64,000 nt of DNA from an uncultured Clostridia bacterium (GTDB lineage: Bacteria > Bacillota > Clostridia > Christensenellales > Borkfalkiaceae), in assembly GCA_947598205.1 (NCBI GenBank), contig CANQFB010000001.1:61266-125265 (forward strand), given 5' to 3'. Made by a program: the position numbers and the translations under genes. How positions within the stretch are numbered: position 1 is the stretch's first letter; the number at the start of each line of letters is the position of its first letter. Shown in pieces: positions 8,914 to 17,930 of this stretch. The notes beneath the pieces are model-generated. The model was given only the letters and a program-made list of their open reading frames with translations, was not told the origin of the DNA and made no database searches.

Positions 8914-10169
8914 AAGAAAAGAAGTTTCCCGTGCGCCGTTTTATCAAGGAGCTCTCCCCCGAAGATCTCGGAAAGTACGGCTCGGTGCGCCCCCTCAACC
9001 TCCGCGACGTGGGCGGCGTCCTCGTCGCGGCCGCCAATTTTGAAAATCTCGGCCCGCTCGATGCGGGCGTCAGGCGGATCATCGTCTCCTCGGATACCGT
9101 CTATTGCGTCTTCGAGGGCGGAAGGGTACGCGACTTCCTCTCGGAAAGGGACTATTCCTTGGGCGGGGAGGCATTCGGGGTCGTCACCTATTGCGACGGA
9201 GAGGGGGTGCGGCGCGATCTCATCTATGGGGAAAACGGCGTGACGGCCGTCGATGTGAAGACGGGAACGTCCGCCCACTATCCCGAATGCGGGCCTGCGC
9301 GGCGGGGGGCGATCTTCCGCGAACGCCTCTTTCTCGCCGACGGGAACCTCCTCACCTATTCCGCTCCGCTCAAGACGGGCGACTTCGACCTCAAAAAGGA
9401 GGATACGGGCAAGATCAGGCTCTCCGACGTCGGGGGCGACGTCCTCGCGCTCGTCCCTTACGGGCGTCGGCTCGCCCTCTTCCGTACCCGCGAGATCTTG
9501 CTCCTCACCGCCGATGCGAACGACCTTTATTTCGCCTTCGAGAGGTTGAAGTTCGACGGCGGCGAAGTGCTGGAGGGGTCGGTCGGGGGATGCGGGGATA
9601 CCGTCCTCTTCCGCACGGAGAAGGGGCTTTTCCGCCTCGACGGCGAGAAATGCACGCGGGTGGAGATCGCCGACAGCGGCGTCGTCTTTCCCATTCCTGC
9701 GATCGCGGCGGCGGGCGGCGGGGAGTACTACTCTGCGGTGAAGGTGGGCGGCGTCGGCTACATATTCGTCTACGATCCCGCCAAGGGGAAGTATTACCTT
9801 ACGCCCATCAACACGAAGATGATCGGCGGCGGCGCGAAAGGGGTCTATATCGAAGCGGACAAGACGCTCCTGCACGTCGGGGGAGAGGGATATAGCATCT
9901 TCGACTACAGCGTGCTCACCCTCGACCTTGCGTTCCCCGAACGGGCGGCGAAGTATGTCCTCGAGGGCATCTCCGTCGCGGGGAAGGGGAATTTCACCCT
10001 TTCCGTCATCCGCGGCCTTCTTTCCGACGACTATAAGATCGCGGCCTATGAGGTCACGCACCTCCGCCACACTCTCCCTCTCGGAAGCATGCGCCTCGTC
10101 TTCCATACCTTCGATACCGACGTGTGCATCCGCGGCATCGTATTGCATTTGCGGGAGGTGGGCGCATGA
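8910..10169 (+). CDS. phage structural protein, repeat-rich beta protein (neck/hub candidate)
   Basis: Start set to ATG 8910 (MKEKKFPVRRF) behind GGAGGTGGG. The ORF-track start 8475 adds an Arg/Gly-rich extension overlapping 8359..8913. 419 aa with recurrent G-x-hydrophobic strand motifs. Confidence 0.55.
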   Translation: MKEKKFPVRRFIKELSPEDLGKYGSVRPLNLRDVGGVLVAAANFENLGPLDAGVRRIIVSSDTVYCVFEGGRVRDFLSERDYSLGGEAFGVVTYCDGEGVRRDLIYGENGVTAVDVKTGTSAHYPECGPARRGAIFRERLFLADGNLLTYSAPLKTGDFDLKKEDTGKIRLSDVGGDVLALVPYGRRLALFRTREILLLTADANDLYFAFERLKFDGGEVLEGSVGGCGDTVLFRTEKGLFRLDGEKCTRVEIADSGVVFPIPAIAAAGGGEYYSAVKVGGVGYIFVYDPAKGKYYLTPINTKMIGGGAKGVYIEADKTLLHVGGEGYSIFDYSVLTLDLAFPERAAKYVLEGISVAGKGNFTLSVIRGLLSDDYKIAAYEVTHLRHTLPLGSMRLVFHTFDTDVCIRGIVLHLREVGA

Positions 10170-10660
10170 CAATCGACATCATCGACCTCACCGATCCCGA
10201 CTATGCCGATCTCGACCCCGTCCAGCTCTCCATGGTCCGCACCGCGCAGACGAAAAAGAACAACATCGTGGCCAAGGCGGACGCCGCCGTGAAGGAACTG
10301 TTCTACCTTCTACTCGGGAAGGACAATGTGCGTTCCCATGTGCGAACGCGGGAGGAGACCCGCATCCGCGAACAGGAGGAGGCGGACATCGACGCCGTGC
10401 GCGAAGACCTTCTCCAACAGCTCGCCTATCAGAGCCTCGGCTCGGAGGGGAACGAGCTCGGCCCCTACCGCTATCCCGAAAACCCCAACTACAACCTCAC
10501 CTATTCCCAGCGGTTTCTCGTCGTGCGCGACTATTATATGCACGTGACGACCAACCCGGAGGCGAGGCTCGAGGCGTTCGGCATGGACTCCCTCGCCCGC
10601 ACCTATCTCGGGGAGTTTTACCAGACATTGTATGAGCAACTTGCCTCCTATGTAAGGTAA
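10166..10660 (+). CDS. phage structural/accessory protein of unknown function
   Basis: Start set to ATG 10166 (MTIDIIDL) overlapping the previous stop (ATGA). 164 aa, largely helical. Last gene of the co-directional run. Confidence 0.55.
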   Translation: MTIDIIDLTDPDYADLDPVQLSMVRTAQTKKNNIVAKADAAVKELFYLLLGKDNVRSHVRTREETRIREQEEADIDAVREDLLQQLAYQSLGSEGNELGPYRYPENPNYNLTYSQRFLVVRDYYMHVTTNPEARLEAFGMDSLARTYLGEFYQTLYEQLASYVR

Positions 10661-10682
10661 GTTTTCGCTTCCTTACGATAAG

Positions 10683-10807
10683 GCTTTCCCTCACAAGGGG
10701 GAAGCTGTCACCCAAGGGCGGCTGATGAGGCTTCGCTTCAATTCGCCCCTCATCCGTCACGGCAGAGCCGTGCCACCTTCCCCCCCCTCGGGGGGAAGGC
10801 TTTTTTT
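10683..10807. repeat. array of short GC-rich hairpins (intergenic repeat family)
   Basis: Successive stem-loops, for example ccctcacaaggggg and ccttccccc/gggggaagg. Same style of element at 13160-13330, 16682-16808 and 34532-34715. Confidence 0.6.
10776..10807 (+). terminator. rho-independent terminator closing the phage-like operon
   Basis: 9-bp G/C stem ccttccccc...gggggaagg followed by a T7 run (10801-10807). Confidence 0.6.
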
Positions 10808-10966
10808 CTGGCACGTGTGCGCGGGCGGCTCTTTTTCCGCAGGTATAAAAACCTTCCGCAATCCCCAAATTAAGGGCATGAAAAAGGTAAAGAACGATCC
10901 GCTCGGCAAGGCCAGGGAAGAGCGGGAGACCTGCTTCCCCGAGGGACGGGCGGAGGACTTGCGGCC

Positions 10967-11422
10967 GTGACGGGCAAATCGCGCGAAAACTGCAACCGCA
11001 ACTATCTGCGCTATGTCAATTCCTTCGATCCGCCCACAAAGCATTTCAAGACGTGCGGAAGGGCCTTCCTCGTGGGGGGATTTATTTGCGTCATCGGGCA
11101 GTTCTTCCGCTATATGCTCGAGTTCGCGGGGCTCGAAGGGGATATGCTCGCGGGCACCGTCTCCGTCATCCTCATCTTTTTGGGGACGTTTCTCACAGGC
11201 CTCGGCGTCTACGACCGCATCGGCAAGAATGCAGGCGCGGGAAGCATCGTCCCCATCACGGGGTTCGCGAATTCCGTCGCCTCTCCCGCCATCGAGTTCA
11301 AGACGGAGGGCTTCGTCTACGGCATGGCGGCGAAGATGTTCATCGTCGCAGGGCCCATCATCGTCTTCGGCGTCTCGGCGGGGGCGGCCGTGGGGCTCTT
11401 ATATTGGCTCATCGGACTTTGA
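10967..11422 (+). CDS. spoVAC: stage V sporulation protein AC
   Basis: 151 aa, GTG start, multi-TM. FLVGGFICVIGQ and ITGFANSVASPAIEFKTEG match the SpoVAC/SpoVAEB family. No spoVAD/spoVAE follows it. Confidence 0.85.
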   Translation: MTGKSRENCNRNYLRYVNSFDPPTKHFKTCGRAFLVGGFICVIGQFFRYMLEFAGLEGDMLAGTVSVILIFLGTFLTGLGVYDRIGKNAGAGSIVPITGFANSVASPAIEFKTEGFVYGMAAKMFIVAGPIIVFGVSAGAAVGLLYWLIGL

Positions 11423-11500
11423 AAAATTCCCGCAAAAAAGTTGTGCATTATAAAAAATTGTGATAAAATAGGGGAAATCAATCGTTAAGGAGCAACCAAC

Positions 11501-11704
11501 ATGGCAAAGATCACGAAGGATACGCTCATCGCAGATTGCCTCGAGCTCAACCCCAACGCCCCCGAAATTCTGCTCGAAGCGGGCATGCACTGCTTCGGGT
11601 GCGCCCTCGCCCACGGTGAGACGGTGGAAGAAGCGGTATCCGCGCACGGGCAGGAGCTCGACGAGCTTCTCGCAAAGCTCAACGAAGGCCTCGAAGAAGC
11701 GTAA
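11501..11704 (+). CDS. DUF1858 redox-disulfide domain protein
   Basis: 67 aa. ILLEAGMHCFGCALAHGETVEEA matches the DUF1858 / hybrid-cluster-associated small protein pattern. Confidence 0.75.
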   Translation: MAKITKDTLIADCLELNPNAPEILLEAGMHCFGCALAHGETVEEAVSAHGQELDELLAKLNEGLEEA

Positions 11705-11755
11705 AGAAAAAGCCTGCAAACGCGCGGGCTTTTTCGCCATTTTTGGGAGTAAGAT

Positions 11756-12262
11756 ATGAAAGTCGCATGGAAACAGCGCAACAGCAAGATGTGCATCATG
11801 TGCGGGCTGGATAATGAGTACGGCGTCCGCGCACCCTTCTATTCGATGGAGGACGGGAGCGTCGTCACCCTCTTTTCCTACCGCGAACAGCACCAGAGCT
11901 ACCCCGGCCGCGTGCACGGGGGGCTCATCACCGCCATGCTCGACGAGATGGGCCTTCGGGCTCTTTGGGCGAGAGAGGGGGGAGAGAAGACCTACGGGGT
12001 CACAACCTCTCTCGAGACGAAGTACCGCCGCCCCGTTCCCTACGGCGTCCCGCTCATCGGCAGGGGGAAGATCGTCTTCGAGAGCGGCCACTTCTGTACC
12101 GCCGAATGCGTCATCATGGACGGGGAGAAGAAGGTCCTCGCAAGCGCCACTGTCAAATACATAAAGCTCACTCCGGAGCAAATTCAGGCGGGCATCGACG
12201 AGCACGAGGAGATGTGCTATCTCATCGAAGACGGCGTAGAAGAGATCGACCTTCCCGCATAA
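11756..12262 (+). CDS. PaaI-family hotdog-fold thioesterase
   Basis: 168 aa. N-terminal CIMCG motif and GRVHGGLITAMLDE core are typical of PaaI thioesterases. Confidence 0.75.
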   Translation: MKVAWKQRNSKMCIMCGLDNEYGVRAPFYSMEDGSVVTLFSYREQHQSYPGRVHGGLITAMLDEMGLRALWAREGGEKTYGVTTSLETKYRRPVPYGVPLIGRGKIVFESGHFCTAECVIMDGEKKVLASATVKYIKLTPEQIQAGIDEHEEMCYLIEDGVEEIDLPA

Positions 12263-12265
12263 GCT

Positions 12266-13123
12266 ATGGAGAAAACCGTGCAATACACCTTGATCACGGG
12301 CGCATGCGGGGGCTTGGGCGGCGCATTTTGCGAAGTCCTCGCCGGCCGCGGCGAGGCGCTCTTCCTCACGGGCAGGAGCGTTGAGCGGCTCTCCGCCCTC
12401 GCGGAAGATCTCAAGGCCCGCTATGGGATCGATGTCGCCTTCCGCGCGTGCGACCTCACGAAGAAAGAGGACCGCCTCGCGCTCTTTGCGTATGCCGACG
12501 GAATGGGCGTTCGTTTTTCCCGCCTCGTCTATGTCTCGGGCGTGGATACGCAGATGGCCTTCGAGAAGTACGACGAGGATAAACTTCTCTTCCAGACGCG
12601 GGTAAATCTCGAGGGCGCGGTCTCGCTCATCAATGCCTTTTTAAGGCGCGCCCCCCTCGACGGGAAGACGGAGATCCTCGCCGTCGGAAGCATGTCTGCC
12701 TCGACGCCCATGCCCTATTTCGCCCTGTACAGCGCGACGAAGAAGGGGCTCGAATACTTCATGGCGGCCCTCCGCACCGAACTTCGCGGACGGGCGAAGG
12801 TCACCTGCGTGCTCCCCGGGGGGATCCCCACCCGCGAGGACATCAAAGAGAATATCAAAGAGCACGGATTTTGGGGGAAGATCTCGCAAAAGAGCCCCCG
12901 CGCCGTCGCCGAAGCGTCGCTCAAGGCCGTGCATAAAAACAGACGCAAAAAGGTGATAGGATTTTGGAACAAAGTCATCAAGTTTGCGACGGACGTGGCA
13001 CCCATGTCCGTGAAGATGCGCTTCATTGCGAAGCGTTGGGCCAAGACGGAGAAGGATCATTTTTCCGACTCGGACGAAAAGAGCTCCTCCGATGGAGAAG
13101 CTGTCGCGCGCGAGCGTGAATGA
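12266..13123 (+). CDS. SDR-family oxidoreductase
   Basis: 285 aa. Rossmann motif TLITGACGGLGGAF and catalytic YSATKK. Confidence 0.85.
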   Translation: MEKTVQYTLITGACGGLGGAFCEVLAGRGEALFLTGRSVERLSALAEDLKARYGIDVAFRACDLTKKEDRLALFAYADGMGVRFSRLVYVSGVDTQMAFEKYDEDKLLFQTRVNLEGAVSLINAFLRRAPLDGKTEILAVGSMSASTPMPYFALYSATKKGLEYFMAALRTELRGRAKVTCVLPGGIPTREDIKENIKEHGFWGKISQKSPRAVAEASLKAVHKNRRKKVIGFWNKVIKFATDVAPMSVKMRFIAKRWAKTEKDHFSDSDEKSSSDGEAVARERE

Positions 13124-13159
13124 GGCGGGCTTCCTGTCTCCTTGCTGTCCCAATTAGGA

Positions 13160-13330
13160 AAAGTACCCCGTTCACGCCGTCATCCCGAGCCGCGGGGCAC
13201 ACTGTGTCATCTCGCCCGTTCACGCCGTCATCCCGAGCCGAAGGCGAGAGGATCCCCTTCATGAAAACAATGAAATTGGAAAACAGCATGCCATTCTGAT
13301 TTCGTCATGCTGAACGTAGTTGAAGCATCA
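13160..13330. repeat. intergenic repeat cluster with tandem 26-mer
   Basis: cccgttcacgccgtcatcccgagccg occurs twice about 47 bp apart. It is followed by gtcatgctgaacgtagttgaagcatc, a motif class common in Firmicutes/Bacteroidetes intergenic repeats. Confidence 0.6.
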
Positions 13331-13459
13331 CCTTATTTATGCCGCGGCGAGGTTTCGACTGCGCCTTTACCTCCGCGCAACATGACGGATTTGGAATGGC
13401 CGTATCACGCAACAAAACAAAAGCCCCCTACGGCAGGCAGGGGGCTTCAATCATATTTT

Positions 13460-14005
13460 TTACTTCTTCTTTTTGAATTCCCGCTCCTCCTCGGGCGAGG
13501 AGACGGTGACCTCGATGCGGCTGCTCCGCGCGATGAGGGCGGAAATAAAATCGTCGAACCACCGCTCATTCACGACGATCATGATGTATTTCGACTTGAA
13601 TTCATCGAAATAGACGGCGAGCTTATGCGCCCCGCGGAAGTGGTGGACGGAGCAGACTTTCTTGATCTCATACTTCTGCCTGATGATGCCGAATTGCATG
13701 ACGAGGTATCTGTCGTTCACGATATATTGCGATTTGATCAGCATGGCCGTGAGGAGCGTCGCGAGGAGGATGCTCACGAGGTAGAGCAGGATGAACTTCA
13801 TCCACTCATAGGCCGAGGAGATATCGAGTTGCAAAAATTTCACGAACTGCCATGTGGTGAGGGAGAACCCCGCCGCAGAGAGCGCGATCCCGAGGATGCA
13901 GAGCGCGAGCATGAGCCCCGAGAACTTGAAGGGAAATTTTTTTACGGGCGGCGTCTTCCCGTTCGCCGAAAGGTTTTTTTCGTCCATACGCCAAGTATAG
14001 AGCAA
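13460..14005 (-). CDS. membrane protein with bacterial PH-like (YdbS/YdbT-type) domain
   Basis: 181 aa. Two TM helices, then YIVNDRYLVMQFGIIRQKYEIKKV...LAVYFDEFKSKY. The start could instead be the internal MDEKN (13987). Confidence 0.6.
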   Translation of the reverse strand: MLYTWRMDEKNLSANGKTPPVKKFPFKFSGLMLALCILGIALSAAGFSLTTWQFVKFLQLDISSAYEWMKFILLYLVSILLATLLTAMLIKSQYIVNDRYLVMQFGIIRQKYEIKKVCSVHHFRGAHKLAVYFDEFKSKYIMIVVNERWFDDFISALIARSSRIEVTVSSPEEEREFKKKK

Positions 14006-14138
14006 TTTTCCCGAAAATGCAAATCATTTGCACGGGTGCAAAAATTTTCTCCCCCCGTTTTTTTCGCGCGGGGGTTGCGGCGGCGGCTTTTTCATGTTAG
14101 AATGATAGAAAAAATTCACTCCGAAGATGGGGGGGATC

Positions 14139-15611
14139 ATGAACAATTACATCATCGCGCTCGACGCGGGCACGACGTCTGTGCGGGCATTTCTCTTCGA
14201 TACGAAGGCGGGGGAGTTCGTGCACCGCTCCCAACAGGAACTTGCCCTCTCCTGCCCCTTCCCGGGGTGGGTGGAACAGGATGCCGACGAGATCTTCTTC
14301 AAGGCGGCCTACGTCCTCTCCGACTGCATCCGCGCCGCTTCAGGGGGGCGCATCGCGGGCATGGGTATCGCCAATCAGCGCGAGACCGTCGTCCTGTGGG
14401 ATGCGGAGAGCGGCGAACCCGTCGCCCCCGCCATCGTGTGGCAGTGCAGAAGAACGAGCGATTTCTGCGCCTCCATTCCGCCCGATATGGCGGAAACGAT
14501 CAAGCGGAAGACGGGCCTTCTGCCCGACGCCTACTTTTCGGCGAGCAAGATCCGCTGGCTCATCGAAAGAGTTCCCGCCGCGCAAAAACTTCTGAAGGAA
14601 CACAGGCTTCGCGCGGGCACGGTCGATACCTTCCTCATCTGGAAACTGACGGGGGGAAGGGTTTTCGCGACCGACGTCACCAACGCCTCCCGCACCATGC
14701 TCTTCAACATCTCCGCCCTCAAATGGGACGAAGAACTTCTCGCCTATTTCGGCATTCCGCTTGAAATTCTGCCCGAAGTGCGCCTCTCCGACGAGCGGAT
14801 GGGGGAGGCCGTCCTCGGCGAAAAACATATCCCCGTCGCGGCGGTGATGGGCGACCAGCAATCCGCACTCTTCGGGCAGGGCTGTCTTACGGCGGGCGAC
14901 GCCAAGATCACCTACGGAACGGGCCTGTTTATGCTCTTCCCCACGGGGGAGAAGCCCGTCTTTTCCGAGGGCGGCCTCCTCACGACGGTGGGATACGGAT
15001 ATGGGGGAAAGGTCTCTTACGCCCTCGAGGGAAGCATCTTCCATGCAGGGAGCTGTGTGCAGTGGCTTCGCGACGAGATGGGGCTCATTGCAAACGCCGC
15101 CGAGACGGAACGCCTTGCGCTCTCCGTCGAAGATACGGGCGGGGTGTTCTTCGTGCCCGCCTTTACGGGCCTCGGCGCGCCCTATTGGGACCCCGACGCC
15201 CGCGCCATGCTCGAAGGGATCTCCCGCGGAACGAGGCGGGAGCATATCGTCCGCGCCGTCCTCGAGAGCATCGCCTACGGCGCGCGCGACCTCGCCGACG
15301 CCATGCAGGAGGGGAGCGGGGTGCGCCTTCGCTCTGTCAAATGCGACGGCGGGGCCTCGGCCAACAACTTCCTCATGCAGTTTCAAGCCGACGTCTTGGG
15401 CATCCCCGTCGATCGGCCCTTGGAGCGGGAGTCCACCGCCCTCGGCGTTGCGATCCTCTCCGCCCTCTCTTTGGGGATCTACGGGAAGGAGACGCTCACC
15501 GCCTTCCGCCGCTCCGAGCGTCTCTTCATGCCTTCCGCCGACCGCGATCGCTATGAAAAGCTCGTCGGGGGCTACCGCTCGGCCGTCAAAAGGGCCCGCT
15601 TCCGCCCCTAA
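14139..15611 (+). CDS. glpK: glycerol kinase
   Basis: FGGY kinase motifs IIALDAGTTSVRAFLF, GIANQRETVVLWD, WQCRRT. Start moved from 14127 to ATG 14139 (MNNYII) behind a G-rich SD. Confidence 0.9.
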   Translation: MNNYIIALDAGTTSVRAFLFDTKAGEFVHRSQQELALSCPFPGWVEQDADEIFFKAAYVLSDCIRAASGGRIAGMGIANQRETVVLWDAESGEPVAPAIVWQCRRTSDFCASIPPDMAETIKRKTGLLPDAYFSASKIRWLIERVPAAQKLLKEHRLRAGTVDTFLIWKLTGGRVFATDVTNASRTMLFNISALKWDEELLAYFGIPLEILPEVRLSDERMGEAVLGEKHIPVAAVMGDQQSALFGQGCLTAGDAKITYGTGLFMLFPTGEKPVFSEGGLLTTVGYGYGGKVSYALEGSIFHAGSCVQWLRDEMGLIANAAETERLALSVEDTGGVFFVPAFTGLGAPYWDPDARAMLEGISRGTRREHIVRAVLESIAYGARDLADAMQEGSGVRLRSVKCDGGASANNFLMQFQADVLGIPVDRPLERESTALGVAILSALSLGIYGKETLTAFRRSERLFMPSADRDRYEKLVGGYRSAVKRARFRP

Positions 15612-15648
15612 AAATTTATCCGCAATGTATAAAATTTCCTTCAAACAT

Positions 15649-15677
15649 TTGACGAAAATGCAAAAACCGTCTAAAAT
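15649..15677 (+). promoter_or_regulatory. sigma-A-type promoter for prs
   Basis: TTGACG (15649-15654), 17-nt spacer, TAAAAT (15672-15677). Confidence 0.5.
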
Positions 15678-15709
15678 AAAAGGGTAATAAAAACCGCGAG
15701 GGAAGCAGC

Positions 15710-16657
15710 GTGATCACACACGGGAACGAAATCAAGATCTTTGCAGGCAATTCCAACCGTCCTCTGGCCGAAGCGATCGCAAAAAAGCTCAACACGAGCC
15801 TCGGGGATTGCGAAGTCTCCAAGTTCTCCGACGGGGAGATCAACGTCCATATCGGCGAGACGGTGCGGGGGCGCGACCTCTTCATCATCCAATCGACCTC
15901 CTACCCCGGCAACGATCATCTCATGGAACTTCTCATCATGATCGACGCCGCCAAGCGCGCCTCTGCGGGAAGGATCACCGCCGTCATGCCCTATTTCGGC
16001 TATGCGCGGCAGGATAGAAAAGCCCGCTCGCGCGATCCCATCACGGCAAAGCTCGTCGCCGATCTTCTCACTTCGGCGGGGGCGGACAGGGTGCTCACCA
16101 TGGACCTTCACGCCGCCCAGATACAGGGATTTTTCAACATTCCCGTCGATAATCTCCTCGGCGGACCCACGCTCTATAATTATTACGCCGATAAGATGGA
16201 CAAGGATTTCGTCGTCATCTCGCCCGACATCGGTTCGGTGGGAAGATCGCGCAAGGTCGCCGAACGCCTCGGTTGCCCCATGGCCATCATCGATAAACGC
16301 CGCCCCAAGGCGAACGTGATGGAAGTCATGAATATCATCGGCAATGTCGAGGGGAAGAAGTGCCTCCTCGTGGACGACATGATCGATACGGGCGGCACCA
16401 TCGTGCAGGGCGCGGAGGCGCTCGTCGCCGCGGGCGCTTCCGAGATCAAGGCCTGTTGCACGCACGCCGTCCTCTCCGGGCCCGCCATCGAGCGGCTGGA
16501 AAAATCGCCCATCGACGAACTCGTCATGCTCGATACCATCTATCTCCCGCCCGAAAAGCGTCTTCCCAAGATGAAGATCTTATCGACGGCAGACATCTTC
16601 GCCGCGGCCATCGAGAACGTATATCTCGATAAGCCCATGAGCAAGATTTACGATTGA
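15710..16657 (+). CDS. prs: ribose-phosphate pyrophosphokinase
   Basis: GTG start. [18 protein letters not shown] and PRPP loop [11 protein letters not shown]. Confidence 0.9.
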   Translation: MITHGNEIKIFAGNSNRPLAEAIAKKLNTSLGDCEVSKFSDGEINVHIGETVRGRDLFIIQSTSYPGNDHLMELLIMIDAAKRASAGRITAVMPYFGYARQDRKARSRDPITAKLVADLLTSAGADRVLTMDLHAAQIQGFFNIPVDNLLGGPTLYNYYADKMDKDFVVISPDIGSVGRSRKVAERLGCPMAIIDKRRPKANVMEVMNIIGNVEGKKCLLVDDMIDTGGTIVQGAEALVAAGASEIKACCTHAVLSGPAIERLEKSPIDELVMLDTIYLPPEKRLPKMKILSTADIFAAAIENVYLDKPMSKIYD

Positions 16658-16681
16658 ATGATTATAAAGCCCGAAACCATC

Positions 16682-16808
16682 TCCCTCGGGAGGGGGAATA
16701 GAAGGGGGTGGGGAGCTCCCCACCTCAGTCACGCTCGCGCGTGACAGCTCCTCCCCGAGGAGGAGCTTTTGTTCGGACTGATGAATAGCCCTACCCCTCT
16801 GTGAGGGG
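16682..16808. repeat. array of short GC-rich hairpins (intergenic repeat family)
   Basis: Consecutive stem-loops ctccctcgggaggg, gtcacgctcgcgcgtgac, gctcctccccgaggaggagc, cccctctgtgagggg. Confidence 0.6.
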
Positions 16809-16971
16809 AAAATTTTGCAGTTCTGCCAAAAATTGATAATCTTTGGCGCAAAATTTTCTTGGCGTTTGCCCATATGCACGGGCAAACGCTGACCGAACGC
16901 AGGGCTCTACCTGCGTGAGACGGGTGTCGCCCTCGGGCGACGGGTGGGCGAGTCATTCCAAATACTTGCCG

Positions 16972-17345
16972 TTCATGTCTTTGAGAACACACAGGTACAG
17001 CGGGCGATACAGCAAAGGAATGTTGACACTTAACCCCTCGCAGATTTCTTTGCCCGCAATATCGGAGCTCCGCGCGAGATTCTTCGACAAGTTCAGGATG
17101 ACGCCTGCGGCGTCCGCGCGGACGGTATCCGATAGAAAGAAATTTGCGAAACCATTCCCAATCACTTGCCATAGGCGGAATTGACTTCCGCCGTGGGCGC
17201 CCCAATTTGCCACGCCACCGCACGCTTCATGTCTTTGAGAACACACAGGTACAGCGGGCGATACAGCAAAGAAATGTTGACACTTAACCCCTCGCAAATT
17301 TCTTTGCCCGCAATTTGCCCCGCAGGGGGCTTCTGATAGAAAGAA
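16972..17345. repeat. 254-bp tandem direct duplication carrying a minus-strand gene remnant
   Basis: ttcatgtctttgagaacacacaggtacagcgggcgatacagcaaag.aatgttgacacttaacccctcgca.atttctttgcccgcaat at 16972 and again at 17226. gatagaaagaaatttgcgaaa at 17131 and 17335. Minus-strand reading gives ...GKEICEGLSVNI.LLYRPLYLCVLKDM twice, in broken frames. Confidence 0.7.
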
Positions 17346-17366
17346 ATTTGCGAAATAACCACTTTT

Positions 17367-17930
17367 ATGTTTCTCATCATCGGTCTCGGGAATCCCGAGA
17401 AACAGTACGAAAAGACCTTCCACAACATGGGATTTCTTGCCGCGGGCGACCTTGCGGAGCTTTTGCATGCCAAATTCAAAAAGAAGGAATGCGAGGCGAT
17501 CGTCGCAGAGGGGAATCTGAAGGGCGAAAAAATCATCATCGCCCGCCCGCTCACCTATATGAATGCCTCGGGAAGGGCAGTAAAACAGCTCATGGCGCGG
17601 TATAAGGTCGGCCCGCGCGAGCTCATCGTTCTATACGATGATTACGATCTCCCCAAGGGGCATGTCCGCGTCCGCCCTTCGGGAAGCGCGGGCACGCACA
17701 ACGGAATGCGTTCCGTCATTGCAGAGACGGGTCTTACCGATTTCGCCCGCATCCGCATCGGCATCCGCGATGCGGAGGTGAACATTCCCCTCATCAATTA
17801 CGTCCTCTCCGAGGTGAAAAAGGAGGACTACGCCCTGTTTACAGAGGCCTGCCACCGCGCGGCCGAGGCCGCCCTTGCCATCGCTTCGGGGGAACCTTTC
17901 GACCTCGTGATGACCAAATATAACGGATGA
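17367..17930 (+). CDS. pth: peptidyl-tRNA hydrolase
   Basis: MFLIIGLGNPEKQYEKTFHNMGF N-terminus and HNGMRS motif. 4-nt overlap with mfd. Confidence 0.9.
   Translation: MFLIIGLGNPEKQYEKTFHNMGFLAAGDLAELLHAKFKKKECEAIVAEGNLKGEKIIIARPLTYMNASGRAVKQLMARYKVGPRELIVLYDDYDLPKGHVRVRPSGSAGTHNGMRSVIAETGLTDFARIRIGIRDAEVNIPLINYVLSEVKKEDYALFTEACHRAAEAALAIASGEPFDLVMTKYNG

Noticed and set aside
10725-10970. 81-aa ORF across the hairpin-repeat region upstream of spoVAC
   Set aside because: It is a translation of the GC-rich hairpin array (SPLIRHGRAVPPSPPSGGRL type). No RBS, and the same pseudo-peptides arise wherever the repeat family occurs.
16972-17345. Possible CRISPR array (also considered for the tRNA-Ser ghost units at 47242-47700)
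   Set aside because: There are only two or three copies, the unit lengths are 206-254 bp, and the material between repeats is itself duplicated. No cas genes are present. These are tandem duplications or att-site ghosts, not CRISPR.
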